Part shown: piece by piece, positions 30,001 through 39,551 of the stretch | Position numbering within the stretch: the first letter of the stretch is position 1 | Layout: every line of letters begins with the position of its first letter | Source of the DNA: Anaerohalosphaeraceae bacterium | Lineage (GTDB): Bacteria; Planctomycetota; Phycisphaerae; Sedimentisphaerales; Anaerohalosphaeraceae | NCBI GenBank assembly: GCA_963675525.2 | Contig: CAXXSL010000001.1 | Span: 160,001 to 224,000, forward strand | Direction: 5' to 3' | DNA: 64,000 nucleotides | Notes under the pieces: generated by a model | The model's database searches: none | What the model saw: the letters and a program-made list of their open reading frames with translations, nothing else | What the model was told of the DNA's origin: nothing | Made by a program: the position numbers and the translations under genes

Positions 30001-30304
30001 ACCGTACCCCCATGAAATTCAAATTGAACTGGACAAGCCCGTTAATCTCAAAGGTTTAACTTATCTCCCTCGACAGGATGGAAATTCAAACGGTTGGATA
30101 AGAGAGTATACGGTCTATGTCAGCAATACACTCCAGGAGTGGGGCAATCCGGTTGCCCAGGGAATATTCCAAAAGGATGCTTCGCTGAAAACAATTCAAT
30201 TTGAAGAGTCAACGAAAGCCAGGTACATTCGTTTTGTAGCGATCAAAGTATTCGGAGACGATGTCTTTACTTCCATCGCAGAACTGGATTTGGTGATTGA
30301 ATAA
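27044..30304 (+). CDS. GH2 glycoside hydrolase with C-terminal discoidin/CBM32-like domain
   Basis: Signal peptide; WNGIVG, HIRFHSWCPP, NHPSF..GNEP, SHEIGQW; TFWHT..YLPRQDG (F5/8 type C). Confidence 0.88.
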   Translation: MMRYFVSIVFVALLSSCLFAADVIDLSGTWKLALDREDAGQQQNWFEKTLPGQNDVQLPGSIQEQGYGDRPGLKTPWTGDLKHDEWEEPRYAPYRTADNFKMPFWLQPDKYYKGAVWYQKTVKIPSSWKDKHITLTLERPHWETRVWVDSMAAGSANYLSVAHTYDLSDLLTPGEHTLTIRVDNRVIINVGPNSHSISDHTQSNWNGIVGKIELHAEDAAWIADVQIYPDLDNKALKVITQVASCSDKKQICQLVHEVAYDDRKVTIHKTTGIQLTSASTVHECVIPFTKPIQAWDEFNPNLYSLKTQLKTKSDSNEHDTIFGMRQITTEGNRILLNGRRVFMRGTLECCIFPKTGYPPTDVDAWKRIINICKAHGLNHIRFHSWCPPEAAFIAADELGFYYQVECSSWANQGASIGNEKPLDAWLYDEADAILKAYGNHPSFLLFACGNEPAGPGGGGVYLAKWVSHYQQKDPRRLVTGGSGWPLIEENDYHVRSEPRIQQWGQELKSRINSKPPETMTDYRDFVNRHPDHPVISHEIGQWCVYPNFDEIKKYTGVLKAKNFEVFRDFLAQKGMLDQAHDFLMASGKLQTLCYKEDIESALRTPDFGGFQLLDLHDFPGQGTALVGVLDPFWDSKPYVAPAEYKRFCAPIVPLVRLSKRIFTSSDTLSAQIDVSQFGPSDLTDVNIRWSLLDTTGKAVEQSVLYKDKLSTGDLYTIGTITVPLSGLPTPARYSLELAVENTDAVNNWDIWVYPESVNTKMSEDITLMTTLDESTVSKLNEGGKVLLALNPSQVNTDVKLGFSSIFWNTAWTSGQAPHTLGILCNPKHPALAEFPTEYHSNWQWSEPIQNAAVMEMDHLPTELKPIVQVVPDWFDPKKLGLVFEAKVGSGSMLVCSVDILNDLDNRPVARQLKHSLLNYMHSKAFKPKNELDVKLLQLLFRQPAILEKLNGKVIHTDSFEPSYEGSNVIDQDPRTFWHTQWLDQKPPYPHEIQIELDKPVNLKGLTYLPRQDGNSNGWIREYTVYVSNTLQEWGNPVAQGIFQKDASLKTIQFEESTKARYIRFVAIKVFGDDVFTSIAELDLVIE

Positions 30305-30332
30305 GATCGGAACAATTTAAAAGGAGTAACAA

Positions 30333-31940
30333 ATGGAACTGGGCGCGTTTGATGTCATCGTGTTTGTCAGTTTTTTTGCCGTGGTAATCGGGGTCAGTCT
30401 GTTTAAGAGCCGCAAGGAAAAGAGCAGTGAGGATTATTTTCTGGCCGGCCGTGGACTCACCTGGTGGCTTATTGGTATATCAATCGTTGCGGCAAACATC
30501 TCCACCGAACAATTTGTCGGGATGGCAGGCCAAGGCGCCGGAAGCGTGGGGTTGGCCGTCAGTAACTGGCAGCTTTTCGGCAGTGTGGGGATTGTTATTA
30601 TTGCATTCACATTGCTTCCGTTGTTCTTAAAAGCCGGCATCTACACCATGCCCGAATACCTGGAGTACCGTTATAATTCAACCGCACGCGGATTGATGGC
30701 TTTGATCACGGTTATCATCTATGTCGTGGTTCTGTTAACCGCGGTATTGTATTCCGGCGGATTAACCTTGCGAACGATCTTTGGTATGAAACTGGCTCAT
30801 GGTGTCTGGCTGATTGGTTTGATCGCTGCGACCTATACGGTCTGGGGCGGCTTGAAAGCGGTTGCATGGGCTGACCTGTTCCAGGGCCTTGGACTTCTTC
30901 TTGGCGGGATCATCACGTTTTTTCTTGCGCTGAAAGCCTGTGGCGGATGGGAAAGTTTTACCGAAACCAATGCAGACAAACTTCACATGATACTGCCTGC
31001 TGACCATGAAGGGTTGCCGTGGACAGGGGTTGTGTCCGGCATGGGGATCGTGCTTGTTTATTATTGCGGCCTGAACCAGTTTATCGTACAGCGCAACCTC
31101 GCAGCCAAAACACTGCGCGATGGACAGCTTGGTGTTATCTTTGCAGGGGCGTTGTGGATATTGGTTCCGTTTGCGATCGTTATGCCGGGGATTATGTCAT
31201 ATCAGCTTTACAGTGACCAGATGGCATCTCCCGATGAAGCGTTCCCGATGTTGATTCGCAATCTGGTTCCGGGAGGGTTGCGTGGCTTTATGTTTGCTGC
31301 GATCGCAGGAGCAGTGATCAGTTCTCTGGCATCAATGCTGAATTCGGCTTCAACGATATTTACGATGGATGTGTATAACCGCATGTTTCATCGCTATGCC
31401 AGGCAAAAACAACTATTGTTTTTGGGTCGAGTGATGACAATGGTTTTTGTCGTAATCGGCTGTTTGTTGGCTCCGATACTGGACGATCCAAAATATGGCG
31501 GCGTTTTTCAATTCATCCAGCAGTTTCAGGGCTATATCTGGCCGGGCGTTGTCGCGGCATTTCTGTTCGGCATCATCGTCAAAAGGGCCCCCGGTGCGGC
31601 AGGCGTTGCAGCATTGGTATCCGGCTCGATCATTTACGGGGTATTCCAATTCTCTCCACGTTTACTAAGCATATTAGTTAAAAATGCTCCGGGTGTTTCC
31701 GAATGGGCCATTTACGATTCACTACAAAAACTCACATCCTTGCATTTTCTGATCCAGGTGGGTCTGTCATTTGTGCTTGTCATTGCGATCATGGCGATGA
31801 TAACACGAATAAAACCACTTGCAGAACCCAAAAAATTGCCCGTTCGCGAAGACATTGAGATCAAAACCACCACCGAAGTAAAGATAGCAGGTGCATGTGT
31901 TATCGCCGCAGTTGTCGTGTTCTATATCATTTTCTGGTAA
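30333..31940 (+). CDS. Sodium:solute symporter (SSS, sugar)
   Basis: YFLAGR, ANISTEQFVGMAG, GGLKAVAWAD, NQFIVQR, SSLASMLNS. Confidence 0.93.
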   Translation: MELGAFDVIVFVSFFAVVIGVSLFKSRKEKSSEDYFLAGRGLTWWLIGISIVAANISTEQFVGMAGQGAGSVGLAVSNWQLFGSVGIVIIAFTLLPLFLKAGIYTMPEYLEYRYNSTARGLMALITVIIYVVVLLTAVLYSGGLTLRTIFGMKLAHGVWLIGLIAATYTVWGGLKAVAWADLFQGLGLLLGGIITFFLALKACGGWESFTETNADKLHMILPADHEGLPWTGVVSGMGIVLVYYCGLNQFIVQRNLAAKTLRDGQLGVIFAGALWILVPFAIVMPGIMSYQLYSDQMASPDEAFPMLIRNLVPGGLRGFMFAAIAGAVISSLASMLNSASTIFTMDVYNRMFHRYARQKQLLFLGRVMTMVFVVIGCLLAPILDDPKYGGVFQFIQQFQGYIWPGVVAAFLFGIIVKRAPGAAGVAALVSGSIIYGVFQFSPRLLSILVKNAPGVSEWAIYDSLQKLTSLHFLIQVGLSFVLVIAIMAMITRIKPLAEPKKLPVREDIEIKTTTEVKIAGACVIAAVVVFYIIFW

Positions 31941-32270
31941 ACGGTACTCAAGGCATAAAATGTTTTATATCAAAAAATTTCTATTTATCACAACAACCTC
32001 ATCGGTTTGCTTGGAGACATCCTACACATATCGTGTATCCATGTTAAAAATATAAAATAACGGAAAAGCAGAGGGGGGGGGGACATAAATAGCTACAGGC
32101 TGAAAGATCGTAGACCGCAGTTTAGGATTGTGTTTACACGCCCCGGCTTAAGCGATAAGCGATAACTTGCATCGCCTTTATAAAGAAAAGCAATTACTCC
32201 GTGAATCATCCTCCCAAGACACGAACAATCTACGGGTTCCGTCTTAGCCGAAGAGCTAAAGTGCCAAGGC

Positions 32271-32462
32271 CCAAGAACAGCAGCAACAATGGCGGTTCGA
32301 TCTGGTGATCCATTCGCAGTACAACGACTCTTGGGGTATACCAATTTGCTCATGGCCACTCGATATGCTCAGGATGTCTCCAAGCAAACGGATGAGGTTG
32401 TTGGCAAAAGCAGGATGTATGTAATTCGACCGAAGCAGACTATTCCCTTGTTGTCAGCGTGA
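32271..32462 (+). pseudogene. Tyrosine recombinase C-terminal remnant
   Basis: RTAATMAVRSGDPFAVQRLLGYTNLLMATRYAQ resembles box II LLGH...T.RY, with His replaced by Tyr. Confidence 0.7.
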
Positions 32463-32754
32463 AAGGGGTTTTTATGCTCTATGAGATGATAATTGGATAT
32501 GACTAATGAGAAGAATCGCTGAAAAACCTGATTTGATGAACGCTATAACCGTCAAGGTTTGGATTCAAGTAGGGATTTCAAACAATCTGGAACCTGCAAA
32601 TCTGGTCTTTAGTACAAATCTGCAAGAAAACACCTCAGAAAAGAGAAATCTTGATAGTCCAAGTTGAATTTGGTAAAATTATTAACATCGAAAGGTAGAA
32701 TAATATGTTTCGTGAACGCTTAAATGGGAAATTCGAAATAAATAAAGAGAATAT

Positions 32755-33255
32755 ATGACACAATTCAGTGAAAATACACCACTGGACATCACCATCCGGC
32801 TGGCAACGATTGATGATCTGGCTGAGATTTTTCATCTTGGTGAAAAGCTGTTCAGGCCTCAGAGCGTTTCCAACCTTTATCGTACATGGGACGAATATGA
32901 AGTCACGGGTCTGTTTAACTCTGAGCCGGAATACATGCTGGTGGCCTCTGTTGCCGATTCGGTGGTTGGTTTTGCGCTGGGTTCAGTGATTGAAAAGATC
33001 GCTACGGCATGGAATTATGGGCATCTCTTGTGGCTCGGCGTTGAGGAGGTTTATTGTCAGCAGGGAGTGGCAGGAATGCTGTTTGACAAATTCAGCGAGA
33101 TCATGCGAGGCAATGGTATCCGCATGCTGATGGTGGATACACAGGCCGATAATGAACGAGCGATTCGGTTTTTTGAAAAGAGAGGGTTTGCCAATCCGAT
33201 TGAACATGTGTACATGACCTTAAATTTTGAGAATCTTGAGGCGTCCAATGAATGA
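32755..33255 (+). CDS. GNAT family N-acetyltransferase
   Basis: LWLGV..YCQQGVAGML, VDTQADNERAIRFFEKRGF. Confidence 0.9.
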   Translation: MTQFSENTPLDITIRLATIDDLAEIFHLGEKLFRPQSVSNLYRTWDEYEVTGLFNSEPEYMLVASVADSVVGFALGSVIEKIATAWNYGHLLWLGVEEVYCQQGVAGMLFDKFSEIMRGNGIRMLMVDTQADNERAIRFFEKRGFANPIEHVYMTLNFENLEASNE

Positions 33256-34357
33256 GCCGATTAATCAGGAGCGACTGAGGAACCTGCTCAAGGACATGGT
33301 GGACATCTACAGTCCGACGGGCAAAGAAGAGCAGATTACGGAATTTTTAGCGGGTTATCTGCATGATGCGGGACTTCCGGTATTGATGCGTGAAGTCTGC
33401 GATGGTCGGCGTAACGTTGAGGTTTTGTTGGGCAGTGACCGGCCGGAGGTTGCTTTCATCGGGCATATTGATACGGTTCCGGCGTTCGATATTGAACGAT
33501 ATGAGTACCATGAGAAAGACCGCCAGGCTTTCGGTCTTGGAACGGCGGACATGAAGGGCGGCTGTGCGGCGATGATCGAAGCGTTTGTTTCTCTTTGTCA
33601 GAGCGACCAACTGCCGGATAACGCGGCTTTGTTTTTGGTTGTCGGGGAAGAAGAAAACGGCGACGGGACGACGGCATTGCTGGAGACAATGTGTTTTCCA
33701 TGGGCGATTGTCGGGGAGCCGACGAATTTGGTACCTTGTCTGGGGCATTACGGTTACCTGGAAATGCTGGTGCGAGCTTTTGGGAAACGGCGACATGCTT
33801 CGATGGCCGGACGAGAGCACAATGCCATTTTTAATTCGCTGAAGATGCTTCTTCGGGTAGGTGAAATGCTGGAATCGGACTTTCCGGAAACCTGCATGAA
33901 TATCCGATCGGTGCATAGTTCGGAGGCGGGCTTTGCGGTGCCGGGCAGTTGTGAAACATGGGTAGATCTTCATATTCAACCTTCGCTGGATACCGACGCA
34001 TTTTCCAAACGTCTTAAAACACTGGTGGATGATTGTCTTTCGGGCAGCGCAGTGACTCGCTATGAGATTGAATTTCCAACGCTGGCCAGCGGGTATCAGC
34101 TGGCTGGTGAGGGGACGGTCTTTGATATACTTCAGCAGGGCTATCAAGCCATGAATCTGCCCTGGTTGCCGGGGACGTTTCAGAGTCACTCTGATGCGAA
34201 CCTCTTACGGCAGACCGGATGCAATCCGATTATCCTGGGGCCCGGTCAACTGGCAAGGGCCCACACGCGGGATGAGGCAATTAGTCTTGATCAGGTGACT
34301 ACCGCAGCACAGTTGTATCGTCATTTACTGCTGTTGATCGGCGGATTATTGAAATAG
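33248..34357 (+). CDS. M20 family metallohydrolase (ArgE/DapE-like)
   Basis: GHIDTVP, GLGTADMKGG, GEEE, GEPT, AHTRDE. Confidence 0.9.
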   Translation: MNEPINQERLRNLLKDMVDIYSPTGKEEQITEFLAGYLHDAGLPVLMREVCDGRRNVEVLLGSDRPEVAFIGHIDTVPAFDIERYEYHEKDRQAFGLGTADMKGGCAAMIEAFVSLCQSDQLPDNAALFLVVGEEENGDGTTALLETMCFPWAIVGEPTNLVPCLGHYGYLEMLVRAFGKRRHASMAGREHNAIFNSLKMLLRVGEMLESDFPETCMNIRSVHSSEAGFAVPGSCETWVDLHIQPSLDTDAFSKRLKTLVDDCLSGSAVTRYEIEFPTLASGYQLAGEGTVFDILQQGYQAMNLPWLPGTFQSHSDANLLRQTGCNPIILGPGQLARAHTRDEAISLDQVTTAAQLYRHLLLLIGGLLK

Positions 34358-34517
34358 CCGGTGTGGGGCGGGACGCCTTTGTTTGAAGATTATTTTTGGC
34401 CACAGATAATCATGGATAATCACGGATTAATCCATATTTTCTTTATCAGGGAATGAATGGCGTATGCGATTTTATAATTAGAATATCAGGTTTTGACAAA
34501 AATATTATGAGGTTCTT

Positions 34518-34883
34518 ATGGAACAATTGATGGATTGGATACGAGTCTTGAATGGCATAATCGTGATAGTATGCCAGTTTCTTGCGATGGTTGTACTGTC
34601 TATTGGTATATTGAAAGCTCTAAAGATATACTTGGCAGATGTATTGACCCCAGGACGTTCAGCTGATTCTGTAAAAGCTAGCCGTCTGGAGTTGGGACAT
34701 TCTTTTTCTCTGGCACTTGGCTTCCTCATCGGGGCAAGCATTCTTAAGACGACACTCGCTCCGACATGGACTGATATTGGGCAACTCGCAGCCATCATCG
34801 CAATTCGGACCATCCTCAACTACTTCCTGTTGCATGATATTGCTGTTCACTCTGAATCACAAAAGGACAATTCTTCGACTTAG
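34518..34883 (+). CDS. DUF1622 family membrane protein
   Basis: RLELGHSFSLALGFLIGASILKT..APTW.DIGQLAAIIAIRT.LNYFL. Confidence 0.85.
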   Translation: MEQLMDWIRVLNGIIVIVCQFLAMVVLSIGILKALKIYLADVLTPGRSADSVKASRLELGHSFSLALGFLIGASILKTTLAPTWTDIGQLAAIIAIRTILNYFLLHDIAVHSESQKDNSST

Positions 34884-34914
34884 ATCAGTCTCCATGAAAA
34901 GAAGTTCGTTAATG

Positions 34915-35090
34915 TGGTCTGCCCCTGTTTTCTGTACCACTTGTGATGAGAGTATTTCACAGTCAGTCTCCCTGTCTTGAGGAAGGCGTAGCGGAGCGGA
35001 GCCTTGCTCAAGACACGCCGTCGCAAACGCCGCCGGGGCCATATAATCCAGGCTGCTGTGCGGCCGGTAATGATTATAGTCCATCCGCCA
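34915..35090 (-). mobile_element. IS3-family remnant (integrase-core C-terminus and right end)
   Basis: [23 protein letters not shown]; terminus ...GGGGCAGACCA. Confidence 0.8.
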
Positions 35091-35270
35091 TCCTGAGAAA
35101 ACAAGGGTCATTGCGTTTCAGCGAGGAAAGCAGAATCAACACCGAGGAAATAAACATATACCTTGCTCATTTGACTTTTTGGGATTTACCCACTATTGGG
35201 GTAAAATCCGGAAGGGGAATTGGGTTCAAAGATGCGGGTTGCTCGGGCGTGTCATTTTGTACAGGAAGTG
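35089..35270 (+). pseudogene. Group II intron reverse transcriptase fragment (RT6-7 region)
   Basis: [10 protein letters not shown]...[21 protein letters not shown]. Confidence 0.75.
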
Positions 35271-35367
35271 ACGCAGACAACTGGTACAAATTCAGCATTT
35301 TCGCCAGGGAATTCTGGCTTTGTCATACAGTGCGGACCGGTGTATGTTTCAATAGTGAGTATTATTA

Positions 35368-36513
35368 TCAATGCAAATTTATACTCTGTCGAAATGTCGA
35401 AGGGCTCATGCCAGTGAGGTTTTTGAAGTATCTTGGGAAATGTTCTGGGTCTGTAAATTCAATGGTGTTGGCAATTTTATAGACAGGCTCTCTGCTGTTG
35501 ATTAGTTTTTTCTTGATATATTCGATTCGCAATCGTTCGATTTCCTTTTTGATTGTTTTGTTTAAAACACTTTTGAATCGATATTGCAATTCTCGGCGTG
35601 AGATGGCGGTTACGTTTACGACATCCGTTACCTGAATCGGCTTATCAAAGTTTTCTCGGATAAACCGCAGTGCCGAAACCAAATCTTTATCATCAATCGC
35701 GAAAATATCAGTAGATTTTCGCGTCACGATCTCAACGGGATCGACTCCAAGGATTTTGTTGCCTGTTTGCCGATTCATCAACCGGTCAAGATGTCTCGCG
35801 GCAAGGTAACCGACGTCTTCGAAGTTAAGCGTGATACTCGACAAAGGGGGTGAAGACAGGTTGCAGATCAGACCGTCATTGTCTACCCCGAGGACAGCCA
35901 CTTCTTCCGGAACATTGATCTGGTGACTTTTGCAGGCTTCCAGTATATAGATCGCCCGATCGTCATTGCACGCGAATACAGCAATCGGCTTGGGAAGTTT
36001 TTTTAACCAGACTGTCAGTCGTTCCCGGTCTGCCTCTTTGTTCTGTGAGGGGGCATCGATGTAGTGGTGTATAACGCTCACTCCGCTTCTTGTGAGGGCA
36101 TATTCGTAGCTGCGGAATCTTTCATCGGACCAGGTAATATCTTTAAAACCGCAATATGCATAGTTCTTAAATCCCAATGAGATAAAATAGTCCGCAGCCA
36201 TTTCGCCTATTTTTGAAGAGTTGGTCACGATCAGACTCACGCCTGGCAGGTGTTCCTTTGGGGTATGATGGATAATTTTAGGTTTCTTTACTTTCAGGAT
36301 TGGAGAAATATTTTCTGTATAACAAATAAAAAAACCGTCAAATCGTCCGAGGTCCAAATTTCCGAGTTCTTTTGAAAAGTCTTTGGTTAAATAGCTTGGA
36401 GACAGGGTATGAACCTCCCACTTTGCAAAAGCGGAGATATATTTTTCTACTCCGCTAAGCAGTTCTCTGCCCGTCAACCGAGACGTATCAATCATTATCA
36501 GTGTCTTTTTCAT
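35368..36513 (-). CDS. xylR: XylR-type regulator (periplasmic-binding-like domain plus AraC HTH)
   Basis: LPKPIAVFACNDDRA, VPEEVAVLGVDND, PLSSI, C-terminal HTH; divergent from xylBA. Confidence 0.88.
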   Translation of the reverse strand: MKKTLIMIDTSRLTGRELLSGVEKYISAFAKWEVHTLSPSYLTKDFSKELGNLDLGRFDGFFICYTENISPILKVKKPKIIHHTPKEHLPGVSLIVTNSSKIGEMAADYFISLGFKNYAYCGFKDITWSDERFRSYEYALTRSGVSVIHHYIDAPSQNKEADRERLTVWLKKLPKPIAVFACNDDRAIYILEACKSHQINVPEEVAVLGVDNDGLICNLSSPPLSSITLNFEDVGYLAARHLDRLMNRQTGNKILGVDPVEIVTRKSTDIFAIDDKDLVSALRFIRENFDKPIQVTDVVNVTAISRRELQYRFKSVLNKTIKKEIERLRIEYIKKKLINSREPVYKIANTIEFTDPEHFPRYFKNLTGMSPSTFRQSINLH

Positions 36514-36524
36514 TGCTACCCTGT

Positions 36525-36556
36525 GCGTAAAGTGGTTATATTTTAGCGCAAAATGG
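36525..36556. promoter_or_regulatory. Putative XylR binding direct repeats
   Basis: GCGTAAAGTGG (36525) and GCGCAAAATGG (36546), 21-bp period. Confidence 0.5.
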
Positions 36557-36621
36557 CATTCAGTTCAAGCTTTTTTTGCATTAAAGTACATATCACAAAA
36601 GTCATCAGAAAGGATCAGATT

Positions 36622-38103
36622 ATGTATTTACTTGGATATGATTGTGGGACATCATCAATTAAGGCAACCTTATTGGATGTGCAAACCGGTGATGTGGTTG
36701 CCTCTGTGACTTCCCCGGAAAAAGAGATGCCGATCATTGCCGCCCAAAGCGGCTGGGCTGAACAGCATCCGCAGGACTGGTGGGAAAATCTCAAAAAAGC
36801 GACCCAAAAGGCTCTTATTATTTCGAAGATTGACCCGAAAGATATCAAGGCGATCGGTATCTCTTATCAGATGCATGGACTCGTACTGGTTGATGCTCAG
36901 AAAAAGGTCTTACGGCCTTCGATCATCTGGTGTGACAGCCGAGCCGTGGATATTGGTCAAACGGCATTTGAAACACTTGGTCAGAATGCGTGCCTTGGGC
37001 ATCTGCTGAATTCTCCAGGCAACTTTACCGCATCCAAGCTTAAATGGGTTAAGGATAATGAACCGGATGTGTACAATAAAATTCATAAAGCAATGCTGCC
37101 GGGCGATTACATTGCCATGAGATTGACCGATACGATTTGTACGACCGTTTCCGGTTTGTCGGAAGGGATGTTATGGGATTTCAAAGAGCAGTGTCCCGCA
37201 CAGATGTTGCTTTCGTATTATGGTATCGATGAAAAGTTGCTGCCTGATACGGTAGAGACATTTTCAGTTCAGGGGCAATTGACGACGCAGGCCGCTGCTG
37301 AACTGGGACTTGCGGCCGGAACGGTTATTTCCTATCGGGCTGGCGATCAGCCCAATAACGCCTTATCGCTCAATGTTTTCAATCCCGGTGAGATTGCGGC
37401 CACAGCGGGCACTTCCGGCGTTGTTTACGGTGTTGGCGATAAGCCCACCTATGACAATCAGTCCAGGGTCAATACATTTGGCCATGTTAACTACACCCAC
37501 GACGATCCGAGACTCGGCGTGCTGTTGTGTGTTAACGGAACAGGCATCTTAAACAGTTGGCTCAAACACACGGTTGCCAAGGGTTTGGATTATCCGCAAA
37601 TGAACGAATTGGCATTACAGGCTCCGATTGGCAGTGAGGGGCTCTGTATATTGCCTTTTGGCAACGGTGCCGAACGAACCCTTGCTAATAAAGACATTGG
37701 AGCGTCAATTCATGGTCTGAATTTTAATACCCACAAGATATCTCATCTTTTAAGAGCAGGACAGGAAGGCATTGTCTTTGCGTTAAACTACGGGCTTGAG
37801 ATCATGCGGGAAATGGGTATTCACATTAAGACGGTCAGAGCCGGCGATGCCAATATGTTCCTAAGTCCTTTGTTCCGAGAGGCCTTTGCGACAACGACGG
37901 ACTCTGTCGTTGAATTGTATAACACCGATGGCTCTGCGGGTGCGGCCAGAGGGGCCGGGATTGGTGCCGGTATCTATAAAGGCCCACAAGAGGCCTTCGT
38001 CAGATTAAAGTGTACTCAAACAATCGAACCATCAAGTAATCAGAGATCGAACTATCAGCAAGCATACCAAAGGTGGCTTGAAAACCTGAATAACCAATTA
38101 TAA
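36622..38103 (+). CDS. xylB: Xylulokinase
   Basis: LGYDCGTSSIK, GISYQMHGLV, IIWCDSR, AGDQ, TAGTSG. Confidence 0.93.
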   Translation: MYLLGYDCGTSSIKATLLDVQTGDVVASVTSPEKEMPIIAAQSGWAEQHPQDWWENLKKATQKALIISKIDPKDIKAIGISYQMHGLVLVDAQKKVLRPSIIWCDSRAVDIGQTAFETLGQNACLGHLLNSPGNFTASKLKWVKDNEPDVYNKIHKAMLPGDYIAMRLTDTICTTVSGLSEGMLWDFKEQCPAQMLLSYYGIDEKLLPDTVETFSVQGQLTTQAAAELGLAAGTVISYRAGDQPNNALSLNVFNPGEIAATAGTSGVVYGVGDKPTYDNQSRVNTFGHVNYTHDDPRLGVLLCVNGTGILNSWLKHTVAKGLDYPQMNELALQAPIGSEGLCILPFGNGAERTLANKDIGASIHGLNFNTHKISHLLRAGQEGIVFALNYGLEIMREMGIHIKTVRAGDANMFLSPLFREAFATTTDSVVELYNTDGSAGAARGAGIGAGIYKGPQEAFVRLKCTQTIEPSSNQRSNYQQAYQRWLENLNNQL

Positions 38104-38116
38104 CGGAGAGAATAAG

Positions 38117-39427
38117 ATGAATAAATTTTTCCCAAAAATCAAGAAGGTCAAATACGAAGGTCCGGATTCCAAAAACGCACTGGCTTTTAAACATTACAAT
38201 CCCAAACAAAAGATCATGGGTAAAACAATGGCCGAACATTTGCGTTTTGCGGTTTGTTACTGGCACACATTTAAGGGATTAGGGTCAGACCAGTTCGGTC
38301 CGGGAACGATCATACGGGAGTATAATCGCTCCAATGACGCGATGCAGGTTGCTGAGGATACCATGCTTGCGGCGTTTGAGTTTTTTACCAAACTTGGCGT
38401 CAATTTCTGGTGCTTCCATGACCGCGACATTGCGCCGGAAGCGGGCACCCTGGCCGAGACCAACAAGCGTCTGGATAAAATGGTTGCGTTGGCTAAAAAA
38501 CTTCAGGCCGATACCGGCGTCAATCTCCTCTGGGGTACGACCAATGCTTTCAGTCATCGGCGTTTTATGGCCGGGGCGGGGACAAATCCGTCGCCGGCGG
38601 TTTTCGCCTATGCGGCCAGCCAGATCAAGAAAGCGATGGAAGTGACCAAAGAACTGGGCGGTCAGGGGTATGTCTTCTGGGGCGGCCGGGAAGGCTATGA
38701 GACGTTATTGAATACGGATATGAAGCGAGAGTTTGACCATTTGGCGACGCTGCTGCACATGGCGGTTGATTATAAGAAGAAAATCCGATTCAAAGGACAG
38801 TTTTATATTGAACCCAAGCCCAAAGAACCCACCAAGCATCAATATGATTCGGATGCGGGCAACTGCTTTGCTTTTTTGCAGAAATACGACCTTCTTGACA
38901 GCTTCAAATTGAACATTGAGGCGAATCATGCCACATTGGCGGGACATACCTTCCAGCATGAACTTCAGTATTGCGTGGACAACGGTATTCTCGGTTCAGT
39001 GGATGCGAACCGGGGCGATTTGTTTCTGGGCTGGGATACCGATCAGTTTCCGACGGACATTTACGATACAACTCTCGCGATGTATACGATTCTCAAAGGT
39101 GGTGGATTTACCACGGGCGGCCTGAACTTTGATGCGCATGTCCGAAGGCAGTCCATCGACCCGGACGACTTGTTCTATGCACATATTGGAGCGATGGATG
39201 CGTTTGCCAGAGGGCTGAAAAATGCGGCGAAGATGCTTAAAGATAAGAAATTTGAAAAAAGTATCAAGAAGCGTTACGCAGGCTGGGATACCGCATTTGG
39301 AAAGAAAGTCGAAAAGAAGCAGGTTGGCTTTAAAGAACTTGAACAATATATCTTGAAAAACGGAGAACCGAAAGTCCAGAGCGGTCGACAGGAAATGCTT
39401 GAAAATATGCTGAATGAATACATTTAA
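38117..39427 (+). CDS. xylA: Xylose isomerase (class II)
   Basis: LRFAVCYWHT, FHDRD, VFWGGREGY, EPKPKEP, NIEANHA, WDTDQFP, GGLNFDA. Confidence 0.98.
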   Translation: MNKFFPKIKKVKYEGPDSKNALAFKHYNPKQKIMGKTMAEHLRFAVCYWHTFKGLGSDQFGPGTIIREYNRSNDAMQVAEDTMLAAFEFFTKLGVNFWCFHDRDIAPEAGTLAETNKRLDKMVALAKKLQADTGVNLLWGTTNAFSHRRFMAGAGTNPSPAVFAYAASQIKKAMEVTKELGGQGYVFWGGREGYETLLNTDMKREFDHLATLLHMAVDYKKKIRFKGQFYIEPKPKEPTKHQYDSDAGNCFAFLQKYDLLDSFKLNIEANHATLAGHTFQHELQYCVDNGILGSVDANRGDLFLGWDTDQFPTDIYDTTLAMYTILKGGGFTTGGLNFDAHVRRQSIDPDDLFYAHIGAMDAFARGLKNAAKMLKDKKFEKSIKKRYAGWDTAFGKKVEKKQVGFKELEQYILKNGEPKVQSGRQEMLENMLNEYI

Positions 39428-39551
39428 GCATTATGAGCAGATTTACCGTTCTTATCGAAGTACGGGAATTCTGTACTTAAATGTAAAAGAAGATATTCGA
39501 TCTGTCCAACAAATACGCGACAGTCGTGTCTGAAGACACAGGAGTTTACTC

